Shown here one piece after another: positions 41,343 through 55,620 of a stretch of 64,000 nucleotides of DNA. The translations under genes were made by a program, and so were the position numbers. Under the pieces are notes generated by a model. It did not search any database and had not been told where the DNA came from. It worked only from the letters and a program-made list of their open reading frames with translations. Position 1 is the stretch's first letter. Every line of letters begins with the position of its first letter. This DNA comes from the human T2T-CHM13v2.0 reference genome, Homo sapiens, in NCBI RefSeq assembly GCF_009914755.1, contig NC_060948.1; one strand, written 5' to 3'.

Positions 41343-44300
41343 AGGCCTGGAATAAAGTGGAATGCTACGGTCTCGAATGGAATAAAAATGTATGGAATGG
41401 AATGCAATGAAACGGAATCGAATGTCATAGAATGTAACGGAATGCAAAAAAATGGAATCCAAAATCATTGACTGGAAAGGCTGGGTGTCGAAAGGAATTG
41501 ACTCCAATGGAATGGAATCGAATGGATTGGAAGTGAATAGAATCGAACTAAATCGAATGGAATGGAATTGATAGGAACGGAATGGAAAGGAATGCAATGA
41601 TTTGGCATGGAATGGAATCGAATGGCATCGAATGGAATGGAATGGAATGCAATGGAATGGAATGTATTAGAATGTAATGAACTTTAATGGAATGTACTCG
41701 AATGGATTCGACTGGAATGGAATGTTCTGGAAGTGAATGGACTCCAATGGAATGGATTCAAAAGGAATGGAATCGTACGGAATGGAATCTAATGGAATGG
41801 AATTAAATGGAAATGAATCAAATTGAATAGCACGGAATTGAATTGAATGGAATGGAATGCAATGGAATCTAATGAAACGGAAAGGAAAGGAATGGAATGG
41901 AATGGAATGGGCTGGAATGGAAAGGAATCGAAACGAATGGAATGGAATCGAACTGAAGAGACTGGAATGGAATGCACTGGAATGGAAGGGAGTGTAATGG
42001 AAGGTTCTCGAAAAAAATGGAATCGAATGGAATGGAATTGAATGGAACGGAATAGAGTCGAATGGAATTGAATGGAATGGAATGGACTAGAGTGAAATGG
42101 AATCGAACCACAAGGAATGGACAGGAATAGAATGGTCTCGAATTGAATGGAATCGTATGGAATGGCATCAAACGGAATGGAATGGACAGCCACGGAATGG
42201 AATGCACTCGAATGCAATGGAGTCGAAAGTAACGGACTGGAATAGAATGGACTCGACTGGTACGGACTCCAATGGAATGGAATCGAATGGAAGGGAATCG
42301 AACGGAATGGACTCGAAGGGAAAAGACTGCAATGGAAAGGTCTCGAATGGAATGGAAATTAATGGAATGGAATGGAGTCGAATGAAATGGAGTCAAAAGG
42401 AATGGAATCGAATGGCAAGAAATCGAATGTAATGGAATCGCAAGGAATTGATGTGAACGGAACGGAATGGAATGGAATCCAAAGGAATGGAATAGAATGG
42501 AATGGAATCGAATGGAAAGGACTCGAATGGAAATCACTCGAATAGAATGCAATTTAATAAAATAGGATCAAATGTAATGGAATGGAATGGAAAGGAATCG
42601 AAACGAAAGGAATGGAGACAGATGGAATGGAATGGAACAGAGAGCAATGGTATAGAATGGAATGGAATCATCTGGAATGGAATTGAATGGAATGGAATAA
42701 TATGAAATGGAATGGAATGGAATGGAATGGAATGCCCTTGAATTAAATGGACTGGAATGGAATGGACTCAAACAGAGTGGAATGGAAAGTGTGGAGATAG
42801 AATGGAATGAACTCCTTTGGAATGGTCTAGTAGGCAATGCAATCGACTGACAGGGAATCAAAAGGAATGTAATCGAATGGATTGGACTGGAATGCAATGG
42901 ACTCGAATAGATTGGAAACGGAATGCAAAGAATGGAATGGAATAGTATGGAATGGAATGGAAAGGAATGGAGTGCAACAGACTAGAGTGGAATGGAATGG
43001 ACTGGAAAGCAATGGACTGGAATGGAACTTTCTTGAATGGACTGGAATCAAACGGAATGGAATGCAATGCAATCAAATGGCATGGAATAAAATAGAATGA
43101 AAGAGAATCAAATGGAATTGAATCGAATGGAATCGAATGGATTGGAAAGGAATAGAATGGAATGAAATGGAATTGACTCAAATGGAATGGACTAGAATGG
43201 AATGGATTCGAATGGAAGGCAAAGGAATGGAATCTATTGGAATGGACTGTAATGGAATGGAATGGAAGGGATTGGAATGGACTCGAATGGAATGGACTGC
43301 AATAGAAAGGATTCGAATGGAATGAAAAAGAATTGAATGGAATAGAACAGAATGGAATCAAATCGAATGAAATGGAATGGAATAGAAAGGAATGGAATGA
43401 AATGGAATGGAAAGGATTCGAATGGAATGCAATCGAATGGAATGGAATCGAACGGAATGGAATAAAATGGAAGAAAACTGGCAAGAAATGGAATCGAAAT
43501 GAATGGAGTGTTATGGAATGGACTCAAAAGGAATTGAATGTAATAGAATGGAGTGGAGTGGACTCGAATATAATGGACTGGAATGGAATGAAATCACATG
43601 GAATGGGAACGAATGGAATGGAATGGAAAGGAATGGAATCGAATGGAAAGGAATCGAATGGAAGGGAATGAAATTGAATCAACAGGAATGGAAGGGAATA
43701 GAATAGACGGTAATGGAATGGACTCGAATAGAATGGACACGAATGCTCAAATTAAATGGACTCGAATGGAATGGAAACGAAAGGAATGTCATCGAATGGA
43801 ATTGAATCGATTGGAATGAAATCGCATAGAATGGAGTGGAATCAAATGGAATTGAATCGAAAGGAAAGGAAGCGAATGGACTGAAATGAAATGGAATGGA
43901 ATTGAATGGAAAGTAATGCAATGGAATAGAATGGAACGAAATTTCACGGAATGGAATCAAACTGAATGGAATCAAATCAATGGAATCAAATCAAATGGAA
44001 TGGAAAGGAATTGAATGGAGTAGATGGGATTGGATGGGATTGGAATGAAATGTACTGGAAAGGACTCGAATTTCATGAAACGGAATGGAATGAATTGGAA
44101 CGGAATGGACTCGAATGGAATGGAATGTCATGGGATGGCATCAAATGGAATGGCATCAAATGGAATGGAATCGAATGCAATGGAATGCTATGGAATGGAA
44201 TGGAATGCATTGGAATGGAATGTCCTCTAATGGAATGGATTCGAGTGGAATGGAATTGAATATAATGGAGTCGAATGAAATGGAATTGAAAGGAATGGGA

Positions 44301-44910
44301 TCGAATACAATGGAATATACTGGAATGTAACGTAATGAACTCGAATGTAATTGACTGGAATGGAATGTACATGAATGGAATGTAATCGAATGGAAAGTAA
44401 TCCAATGGAATAGAATCTAATGCAATAAAATCGACTCAGATAGAGTAGAATGTAATGGAATGGAGTGCAGTGCAATGGAATGGAATGGAATGGAATGCAA
44501 TGGAATGGAATGGAATGGAATGGAATGGAATGGAATGGAATGGAATGGGATGGAATGGTATGGAATGGATAGTAATGGACTGGAGTGAAATGGACTGGAA
44601 AGGAATGGACTCAAATTGAAAGGTCTCGAAAGGAATGGAGTCAAATGGAATGGTCTGGAATGGAATGAACACGAATGTAATGCAACCCAATAGAATGGAA
44701 TCGAATGGCATGGAATATAAAGAAATGGAATCGAAGAGAATGGAAACAAATGGAATGGAATTGAATGGAATGGAATTGAATGGAATGGGAACGAATGGAG
44801 TGAAATTGTATGCAGTAGAAGAGAATAGAATGGAATGCAAGCGAAAGGAAAGGAATGGATTGGAATGGAATGGAATTCATTGGAATGGAAGGGAATGTAG
44901 TGTAATGGAC
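41343..44910 (+). repeat. Unit U12, 3568 bp
   Basis: AGGCCT 41343 to 44911; 1-bp deletion near 42930. Confidence 0.9.
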
Positions 44911-47900
44911 AGGCCTGGAATAAAGTGGAATGCTACGGTCTCGAATGGAATAAAAATGTATGGAATGGAATGCAATGAAACGGAATCGAATGTCATAGAA
45001 TGTAACGGAATGCAAAAAAATGGAATCCAAAATCATTGACTGGAAAGGCTGGGTGTCGAAAGGAATTGACTCCAATGGAATGGAATCGAATGGAATGGAA
45101 GTGAATAGAATCGAACTAAATCGAATGGAATGGAATTGATAGGAACGGAATGGAAAGGAATGCAATGATTTGGCATGGAATGGAATCGAATGGCATCGAA
45201 TGGAATGGAATGGAATGCAATGGAATGGAATGTATTAGAATGTAATGAACTTTAATGGAATGTACTCGAATGGATTCGACTGGAATGGAATGTTCTGGAA
45301 GTGAATGGACTCCAATGGAATGGATTCAAAAGGAATGGAATCGTACGGAATGGAATCTAATGGAATGGAATTAAATGGAAATGAATCAAATTGAATAGCA
45401 CGGAATTGAATTGAATGGAATGGAATGCAATGGAATCTAATGAAACGGAAAGGAAAGGAATGGAATGGAATGGAATGGGCTGGAATGGAAAGGAATCGAA
45501 ACGAATGGAATGGAATCGAAGTGAAGAGACTGGAATGGAATGCACTGGAATGGAAGGGAGTGTAATGGAAGGTTCTCGAAAAAAATGGAATCGAATGGAA
45601 TGGAATTGAATGGAACGGAATAGAGTCGAATGGAATTGAATGGAATGGAATGGACTAGAGTGAAATGGAATCGAACCACAAGGAATGGACAGGAATAGAA
45701 TGGTCTCGAATTGAATGGAATCGTATGGAATGGCATCAAACGGAATGGAATGGACAGCCACGGAATGGAATGCACTCGAATGCAATGGAGTCGAAACTAA
45801 CGGACTGGAATAGAATGGACTCGACTGGTACGGACTCCAATGGAATGGAATCGAATGGAACGGAATCGAACGGAATGGACTCGAAGGGAAAAGACTGCAA
45901 TGGAAAGGTCTCGAATGGAATGGAAATTAATGGAATGGAATGGAGTCGAATGAAATGGAGTCAAAAGGAATGGAATCGAATGGCAAGAAATCGAATGTAA
46001 TGGAATCGCAAGGAATTGATGTGAACGGAACGGAATGGAATGGAATCCAAAGGAATGGAATAGAATGGAATGGAATCGAATGGAAAGGACTCGAATGGAA
46101 ATCACTCGAATAGAATGCAATTTAATAAAATAGGATCAAATGTAATGGAATGGAATGGAAAGGAATCGAAACGAAAGGAATGGAGACAGATGGAATGGAA
46201 TGGAACAGAGAGCAATGGTATAGAATGGAATGGAATCATCTGGAATGGAATTGAATGGAATGGAATAATATGAAATGGAATGGAATGGAATGGAATGGAA
46301 TGCCCTTGAATTAAATGGACTGGAATGGAATGGACTCAAACAGAGTGGAATGGAAAGTGTGGAGATAGAATGGAATGAACTCCTTTGGAATGGTCTAGTA
46401 GGCAATGCAATCGACTGGCAGGGAATCAAAAGGAATGTAATCGAATGGATTGGACTGGAATGCAATGGACTCGAATAGATTGGAAACGGAATGCAAAGAA
46501 TGGAATGGAATAGTATGGAATGGAATGGAAAGGAATGGAGTGCAACAGACTAGAGGGAATGGAATGGACTGGAAAGCAATGGACTGGAATGGAACTTTCT
46601 TGAATGGACTGGAATCAAACGGAATGGAATGCAATGCAATCAAATGGCATGGAATAAAATAGAATGAAAGAGAATCAAATGGAATTGAAACGAATGGAAT
46701 CGAATGGATTGGAAAGGAATAGAATGGAATGAAATGGAATTGACTCAAATTGAATGGACTAGCATGGAATGGATTCGAATGGAAGGCAAAGGAATGGAAT
46801 CTATTGGAATGGACTGTAATGGAATGGAATGGAAGGGATTGGAATGGACTCGAATGGAATGGACTGCAATAGAAAGGATTCGAATGGAATGAAAAAGAAT
46901 TGAATGGAATAGAACAGAATGGAATCAAATCGAATGAAATGGAATGGAATAGAAAGGAATGGAATGAAATGGAATGGAAAGGATTCGAATGGAATGCAAT
47001 CGAATGGAATGGAATCGAACGGAATGGAATAAAATGGAAGAAAACTGGCAAGAAATGGAATCGAAATGAATGGAGTGTTATGGAATGGACTCAAAAGGAA
47101 TTGAATGTAATAGAATGGAGTGGAGTGGACTCGAATATAATGGACTGGAATGGAATGAAATCACATGGAATGGGAACGAATGGAATGGAATGGAAAGGAA
47201 TGGAATCGAATGGAAAGGAATCGAATGGAAGGGAATGAAATTGAATCAACAGGAATGGAAGGGAATAGAATAGACGGTAATGGAATGGACTCGAATAGAA
47301 TGGACACGAATGCTCAAATTAAATGGACTCGAATGGAATGGAAACGAAAGGAATGTCATCGAATGGAATTGAATCGATTGGAATGAAATCGCATAGAATG
47401 GAGTGGAATCAAATGGAATTGAATCGAAAGGAAAGGAAGCGAATGGACTGAAATGAAATGGAATGGAATTGAATGGAAAGTAATGCAATGGAATAGAATG
47501 GAACGAAATTTCACGGAATGGAATCAAACTGAATGGAATCAAATCAATGGAATCAAATCAAATGGAATGGAAAGGAATTGAATGGAGTAGATGGGATTGG
47601 ATGGGATTGGAATGAAATGTACTGGAAAGGACTCGAATTTCATGAAACGGAATGGAATGAATTGGAACGGAATGGACTCGAATGGAATGGAATGTCATGG
47701 GATGGCATCAAATGGAATGGCATCAAATGGAATGGAATCGAATGCAATGGAATGCTATGGAATGGAATGGAATGCATTGGAATGGAATGTCCTCTAATGG
47801 AATGGATTCGAGTGGAATGGAATTGAATATAATGGAGTCGAATGAAATGGAATTGAAAGGAATGGGATCGAATACAATGGAATATACTGGAATGTAACGT

Positions 47901-48482
47901 AATGAACTCGAATGTAATTGACTGGAATGGAATGTACATGAATGGAATGTAATCGAATGGAAAGTAATCCAATGGAATAGAATCTAATGCAATAAAATCG
48001 ACTCAGATAGAGTAGAATGTAATGGAATGGAGTGCAGTGCAATGGAATGGAATGGAATGGAATGCAATGGAATGGAATGGAATGGAATGGAATGGAATGG
48101 AATGGAATGGAATGGAATGGGATGGAATGGTATGGAATGGATAGTAATGGACTGGAGTGAAATGGACTGGAAAGGAATGGACTCAAATTGAAAGGTCTCG
48201 AAAGGAATGGAGTCAAATGGAATGGTCTGGAATGGAATGAACACGAATGTAATGCAACCCAATAGAATGGAATCGAATGGCATGGAATATAAAGAAATGG
48301 AATCGAAGAGAATGGAAACAAATGGAATGGAATTGAATGGAATGGAATTGAATGGAATGGGAACGAATGGAGTGAAATTGTATGCAGTAGAAGAGAATAG
48401 AATGGAATGCAAGCGAAAGGAAAGGAATGGATTGGAATGGAATGGAATTCATTGGAATGGAAGGGAATGTAGTGTAATGGAC
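44911..48482 (+). repeat. Unit U13, 3572 bp
   Basis: AGGCCT 44911 to 48483; 1-bp deletions near 46498 and 46556. Confidence 0.9.
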
Positions 48483-51400
48483 AGGCCTGGAATAAAGTGG
48501 AATGCTACGGTCTCGAATGGAATAAAAATGTATGGAATGGAATGCAATGAAACGGAATCGAATGTCATAGAATGTAACGGAATGCAAAAAAATGGAATCC
48601 AAAATCATTGACTGGAAAGGCTGGGTGTCGAAAGGAATTGACTCCAATGGAATGGAATCGAATGGAATGGAAGTGAATAGAATCGAACTAAATCGAATGG
48701 AATGGAATTGATAGGAACGGAATGGAAAGGAATGCAATGATTTGGCATGGAATGGAATCGAATGGCATCGAATGGAATGGAATGGAATGCAATGGAATGG
48801 AATGTATTAGAATGTAATGAACTTTAATGGAATGTACTCGAATGGATTCGACTGGAATGGAATGTTCTGGAAGTGAATGGACTCCAATGGAATGGATTCA
48901 AAAGGAATGGAATCGTACGGAATGGAATCTAATGGAATGGAATTAAATGGAAATGAATCAAATTGAATAGCACGGAATTGAATTGAATGGAATGGAATGC
49001 AATGGAATCTAATGAAACGGAAAGGAAAGGAATGGAATGGAATGGAATGGGCTGGAATGGAAAGGAATCGAAACGAATGGAATGGAATCGAAGTGAAGAG
49101 ACTGGAATGGAATGCACTGGAATGGAAGGGAGTGTAATGGAAGGTTCTCGAAAAAAATGGAATCGAATGGAATGGAATTGAATGGAACGGAATAGAGTCG
49201 AATGGAATTGAATGGAATGGAATGGACTAGAGTGAAATGGAATCGAACCACAAGGAATGGACAGGAATAGAATGGTCTCGAATTGAATGGAATCGTATGG
49301 AATGGCATCAAACGGAATGGAATGGACAGCCACGGAATGGAATGCACTCGAATGCAATGGAGTCGAAAGTAACGGACTGGAATAGAATGGACTCGACTGG
49401 TACGGACTCCAATGGAATGGAATCGAATGGAAGGGAATCGAACGGAATGGACTCGAAGGGAAAAGACTGCAATGGAAAGGTCTCGAATGGAATGGAAATT
49501 AATGGAATGGAATGGAGTCGAATGAAATGGAGTCAAAAGGAATGGAATCGAATGGCAAGAAATCGAATGTAATGGAATCGCAAGGAATTGATGTGAACGG
49601 AACGGAATGGAATGGAATCCAAAGGAATGGAATAGAATGGAATGGAATCGAATGGAAAGGACTCGAATGGAAATCACTCGAATAGAATGCAATTTAATAA
49701 AATAGGATCAAATGTAATGGAATGGAATGGAAAGGAATCGAAACGAAAGGAATGGAGACAGATGGAATGGAATGGAACAGAGAGCAATGGTATAGAATGG
49801 AATGGAATCATCTGGAATGGAATTGAATGGAATGGAATAATATGAAATGGAATGGAATGGAATGGAATGGAATGGAATGAACTTGAATTAAATGGACTGG
49901 AATGGAATGGACTCGAACAGAGTGGAATGGAAAGTGTTGAGATAGAATGGAATGGACTCCTTTGGAATGGTGTAGTATGCAATGCAATCGACTGGCAGGG
50001 AATCAAAAGGAATGTAATCGAATGGATTGGACTGGAATGCAATGGACTCGAACAGATTGGAAACGGAATGCAAAGGAATGGAATGGAATAGTATGGAATG
50101 GAATGGAAAGGAATGGAGTGGAATAGACTAGAGTGGAATGGAATGGACTGGAAAGCAATGGACTGGAATGGAACTTTCTTGAAAGGACTGGAATCAAACG
50201 GAATGGAATGCAATGCAATCAAATGGCATGGAATAAAATAGAATGAAAGAGAATCAAATGGAATTGAATCGAATGGAATCGAATGGATTGGAAAGGAATA
50301 GAATGGAATGGAATGGAATTGACTCAAATGGAATGGACTAGAATGGAATGGATTCGAATGGAAGGCAAAGGAATGGAATCTATTGGAATGGACTGTAATG
50401 GAATGGAATGGAAGGGATTGGAATGGACTCGAATGGAATGGACTGCAATAGAAAGGATTCGAATGGAATGAAAAAGAATTGAATGGAATAGAACAGAATG
50501 GAATCAAATCGAATGAAATGGAATGGAATAGAAAGGAATGGAATGAAATGGAATGGAAAGGATTCGAATGGAATGCAATCGAATGGAATGGAATCGAACG
50601 GAATGGAATAAAATGGAAGAAAACTGGCAAGAAATGGAATCGAAATGAATGGAGTGTTATGGAACGGACTCAAAAGGAATTGAATGTAATAGAATGGAGT
50701 GGAGTGGACTCGAATATAATGGACTGGAATGGAATGAAATCACATGGAATGGGAACGAATGGAATGGAATGGAAAGGAATGGAATCGAATGGAAAGGAAT
50801 CGAATGGAAGGGAATGAAATTGAATCAACAGGAATGGAAGGGAATAGAATAGACGGTAATGGAATGGACTCGAATAGAATGGACACGAATGCTCAAATTG
50901 AATGGACTCGAATGGAATGGAAACGAAAGGAATGTCATCGAATGGAATTGAATCGATTGGAATGAAATCGCATAGAATGGAGTGGAATCAAATGGAATTG
51001 AATCGAAAGGAAAGGAAGCGAATGGACTGAAATGAAATGGAATGGAATTGAATGGAAAGTAATGCAATGGAATAGAATGGAACGAAATTTCACGGAATGG
51101 AATCAAACTGAATGGAATCAAATCAATGGAATCAAATCAAATGGAATGGAAAGGAATTGAATGGAGTAGATTGGATTGGATGGGATTGGAATGAAATGTA
51201 CTGGAAAGGACTCGAATTTCATGAAACGGAATGGAATGAATTGGAACGGAATGGACTCGAATGGAATGGAATGTCATGGAATGGCATCAAATGGAATGGC
51301 ATCAAATGGAATGGAATCGAATGCAATGGAATGCTATGGAATGGAATGGAATGCATTGGAATGGAATGTCCTCTAATGGAATGGATTCGAGTGGAATGGA

Positions 51401-52076
51401 ATCGAATATAATGGAGTCGAATGAAATGGAATTGAAAGGAATGGGATCGAATACAATGGAATATACTGGAATGTAATGTAATGAACTCGAATGTAATTGA
51501 CTGGAATGGAATGTACATGAATGGAATGTAATCGAATGGAAAGTAATCCAATGGAATAGAATCTAATGCAATAAAATCGACTCAGATAGAGTAGAATGTA
51601 ATGGAATGGAGTGCAGTGCAATGGAATGGAATGGAATGGAATGCAATTGAATGGAATGGAATGGAATGGAATGCAATGGAATGGAATGGAATGGAATGGA
51701 ATGCAATGGAATGGGATGGAATGGTATGGAATGGATAGTAATGGACTGGAGTGAAATGGACTGGAAAGGAATGGACTCAAATTGAAAGGGCTCGAAAGGA
51801 ATGGAGTCAAATGGAATGGTCTGGAATGGAATGAACACGAATGTAATGCAATCCAATAGAATGGAATCGAATGGCATGGAATATAAAGAAATGGAATCGA
51901 AGAGAATGGAAACAAATGGAATGGAATTGAATGGAATGGAATTGAATGGAATGGGAATGAATGGAGTGAAATTGTATGCAGTAGAAGGGAATAGAATGGA
52001 ATGCAAGCGAAAGGAAAGGAATGGATTGGAATGGAATGGAATTCATTGGAATGGAAGGGAATGTAGTGTAATGGAC
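48483..52076 (+). repeat. Unit U14, 3594 bp (A->B chimera)
   Basis: AGGCCT 48483 to 52077; subtype switch near 49.9 kb. Confidence 0.9.
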
Positions 52077-55000
52077 AGGCCTGGAATAAAGTGGAATGCT
52101 ACGGTCTCGAATGGAATAAAAATGTATGGAATGGAATGCAATGAAACGGAATCGAATGTCATAGAATGTAATGGAAAGCAAAAAAATGGAATCCAAAATC
52201 ATTGACTGGAAAGGCTGGGTGTCGAAAGGAATTGACTCCAATGGAATGGAATCGAATGGAATGGAAGTGAATAGAATCGAACTAAATCGAATGGAATGGA
52301 ATTGATAGGAATGGAATGGAAAGGAATGCAATGATTTGGCATGGAATGGAATCGAATGGCATCGAATGGAATGGAATGGAATGCAATGGAATGGAATGTA
52401 TTACAATGTAATGAACTTTAATGGAATGTACTCGAATGGATTCGACTGGAATGGAATGTTCTGGAAGTGAATGGACTCCAATGGAATGGATTCAAAAGGA
52501 ATGGAATCGTACGGAATGGAATCTAATGGAATGGAATTAAATGGAAATGAATCAAATTGAATAGCACGGAATTGAATTGAATGGAATGGAATGCAATGGA
52601 ATCTAATGAAACGGAAAGGAAAGGAATGGAATGGAATGGAATGGACTGGAATGGAAAGGAATCGAAACGAATGGAATGGAATCGAACTGAAGAGACTGGA
52701 ATGGAATGCACTGGAATGGAAGGGAGTGTAATGGAAGGTTCTCGAAAAAAATGGAATCGAATGGAATGGAATTGAATGGAACGGAATAGAGTCGAATGGA
52801 ATTGAATGGAATGGAATGGACTAGAGTGAAATGGAATCGAACCACAAGGAATGGACAGGAATAGAATGGTCTCGAATTGAATGGAATCGTATGGAATGGC
52901 ATCAAACGGAATGGAATGGACAGCCACGGAATGGAATGCACTCGAATGCAATGGAGTCGAAACTAATGGACTGGAATAGAATGGACTCGACTGGTACGGA
53001 CTCCAATGGAATGGAATCGAATGGAAGGGAATCGAACGGAAGGGAATCGAACGGAATGGACTCGAAGGGAAAAGACTGCAATGGAAAGGTCTCGAATGGA
53101 ATGGAAATCAATGGAATGGAATGGAATCGAATGAAATGGAGTCAAAAGGAATGGAATCGAATGGCAAGAAATCGAATGTAATGGAATCGCAAGGAATTGA
53201 TGTGAACGGAACGGAATGGAATGGAATCCAAAGGAATGGAATAGAATGGAATGGAATCGAATGGAAAGGACTCGAATGGAAATCACTCGAATAGAATGCA
53301 ATTTAATAAAATAGGATCAAATGTAATGGAATGGAATGGAAAGGAATCGAAACGAAAGGAATGGAGACAGATGGAATGGAATGGAACAGAGAGCAATGGT
53401 ATAGAATGGAATGGAATCATCTGGAATGGAATTGAATGGAATGGAATGGAATGCCCTTGAATTAAATGGACTGGAATGGAATGGACTCAAACAGAGTGGA
53501 ATGGAAAGTGTGGAGATAGATTGGAATGAACTCCTTTGGAATGGTCTAGTAGGCAATGCAATCGACTGGCAGGGAATCAAAAGGAATGTAATCGAATGGA
53601 TTGGACTGGAATGCAATGGACTCGAATAGATTGGAAACGGAATGCAAAGGAATGGAATGGAATAGTATGGAATGGAACGGAAAGGAATGGAGTGGAATAG
53701 ACTAGAGTGGAATGGAATGGACTGGAAAGCAATGGACTGGAATGGAACTTTCTTGAATGGACTGGAATCAAACGGAATGGAATGCAATGCAATCAAATGG
53801 CATGGAATAAAATAGAATGAAAGAGAATCAAATGGAATTGAATCGAATGGAATCGAATGGATTGGAAAGGAATAGAATGGAATGGAATGGAATTGACTCA
53901 AATGGAATGGACTAGAATGGAATGGATTCGAATGGAAGGCAAAGGAATGGAATCTATTGGAATGGACTGTAATGGAATGGAATGGAAGGGATTGGAATGG
54001 ACTCGAATGGAATGGACTGCAATAGAAAGGATTCGAATGGAATGAAAAAGAATTGAATGGAATAGAACAGAATGGAATCAAATCGAATGAAATGGAATGG
54101 AATAGAAAGGAATGGAATGAAATGGAATGAAAAGGATTCCAATGGAATGCAATCGAATGGAATGGAATCGAACGGAATGTAATAAAATGGAAGAAAACTG
54201 GCAAGAAATGGAATCGAAATGAATGGAGTGTTATGGAACGGACTCAAAAGGAATTGAATGTAATAGAATGGAGTGGAGTGGACTCGAATATAATGGACTG
54301 GAATGGAATGAAATCACATGGAATGGGAACGAATGGAATGGAATGGAAAGGAATGGAATCGAATGGAAAGGAATCGAATGGAAGGGAATGAAATTGAATC
54401 AACAGGAATGGAAGGGAATAGAATAGACGGTAATGGAATGGACTCGAATAGAATGGACACGAATGCTCAAATTGAATGGACTCGAATGGAATGGAAACGA
54501 AAGGAATGTCATCGAATGGAATTGAATCGATTGGAATGAAATCGCATAGAATGGAGTGGAATCAAATGGAATTGAATCGAAAGGAAAGGAAGCGAATGGA
54601 CTGAAATGAAATGGAATGGAATTGAATGGAAAGTAATGCAATGGAATAGAATGGAACGAAATTTCACGGAATGGAATCAAACTGAATGGAATCAAATCAA
54701 TGGAATCAAATCAAATGGAATGGAAAGGAATTGAATGGAGTAGATTGGATTGGATGGGATTGGAATGAAATGAACTGGAAAGGACTCGAATTTCATGAAA
54801 CGGAATGGAATGAATTGGAACGGAATGGACTCGAATGGAATGGAATGTCATGGAATGGCATCAAATGGAATGGCATCAAATGGAATGGAATCGAATGCAA
54901 TGGAATGCTATGGAATGGAATGGAATGCATTGGAATGGAATGTCCTCTAATGGAATGGATTCGAGTGGAATGGAATCGAATATAATGGAGTCGAATGAAA

Positions 55001-55620
55001 TGGAATTGAAAGGAATGGGATCGAATACAATGGAATATACTGGAATGTAATGTAATGAACTCGAATGTAATTGACTGGAATGGAATGTACATGAATGGAA
55101 TGTAATCGAATGGAAAGTAATCCAATGGAATAGAATCTAATGCAATAAAATCGACTCAGATAGAGTAGAATGTAATGGAATGGAGTGCAGTGCAATGGAA
55201 TGGAATGGAATGGAATGCAATGGAATGGAATGGAATGGAATGGAATGGAATGGAATGGGATGGAATGGTATGGAATGGATAGTAATGGACTGGAATGAAA
55301 TGGACTGGAAAAGAATGGACTCAAATTGAAAGGGCTCGAAAGGAATGGAGTCAAATGGAATGGTCTGGAATGGAATGAACACGAATGTAATGCAATCCAA
55401 TAGAATGGAATCGAATGGCATGGAATATAAAGAAACGGAATCGAAGAGAATGGAAACAAATGGAATGGAATTGAATGGAATGGAATTGAATGGAACGGGA
55501 ACGAATGGAGTGAAATTGTATGCAGTAGAAGGGAATAGAATGGAATGCAAGCGAAAGGAAAGGAATGGATTGCAATGGAATCGAATTCATTGGAATGGAA
55601 GGGAATGTAGTGTAATGGAC
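52077..55620 (+). repeat. Unit U15, 3544 bp (mosaic)
   Basis: AGGCCT 52077 to 55621; 30-bp deletion near 53445. Confidence 0.9.
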
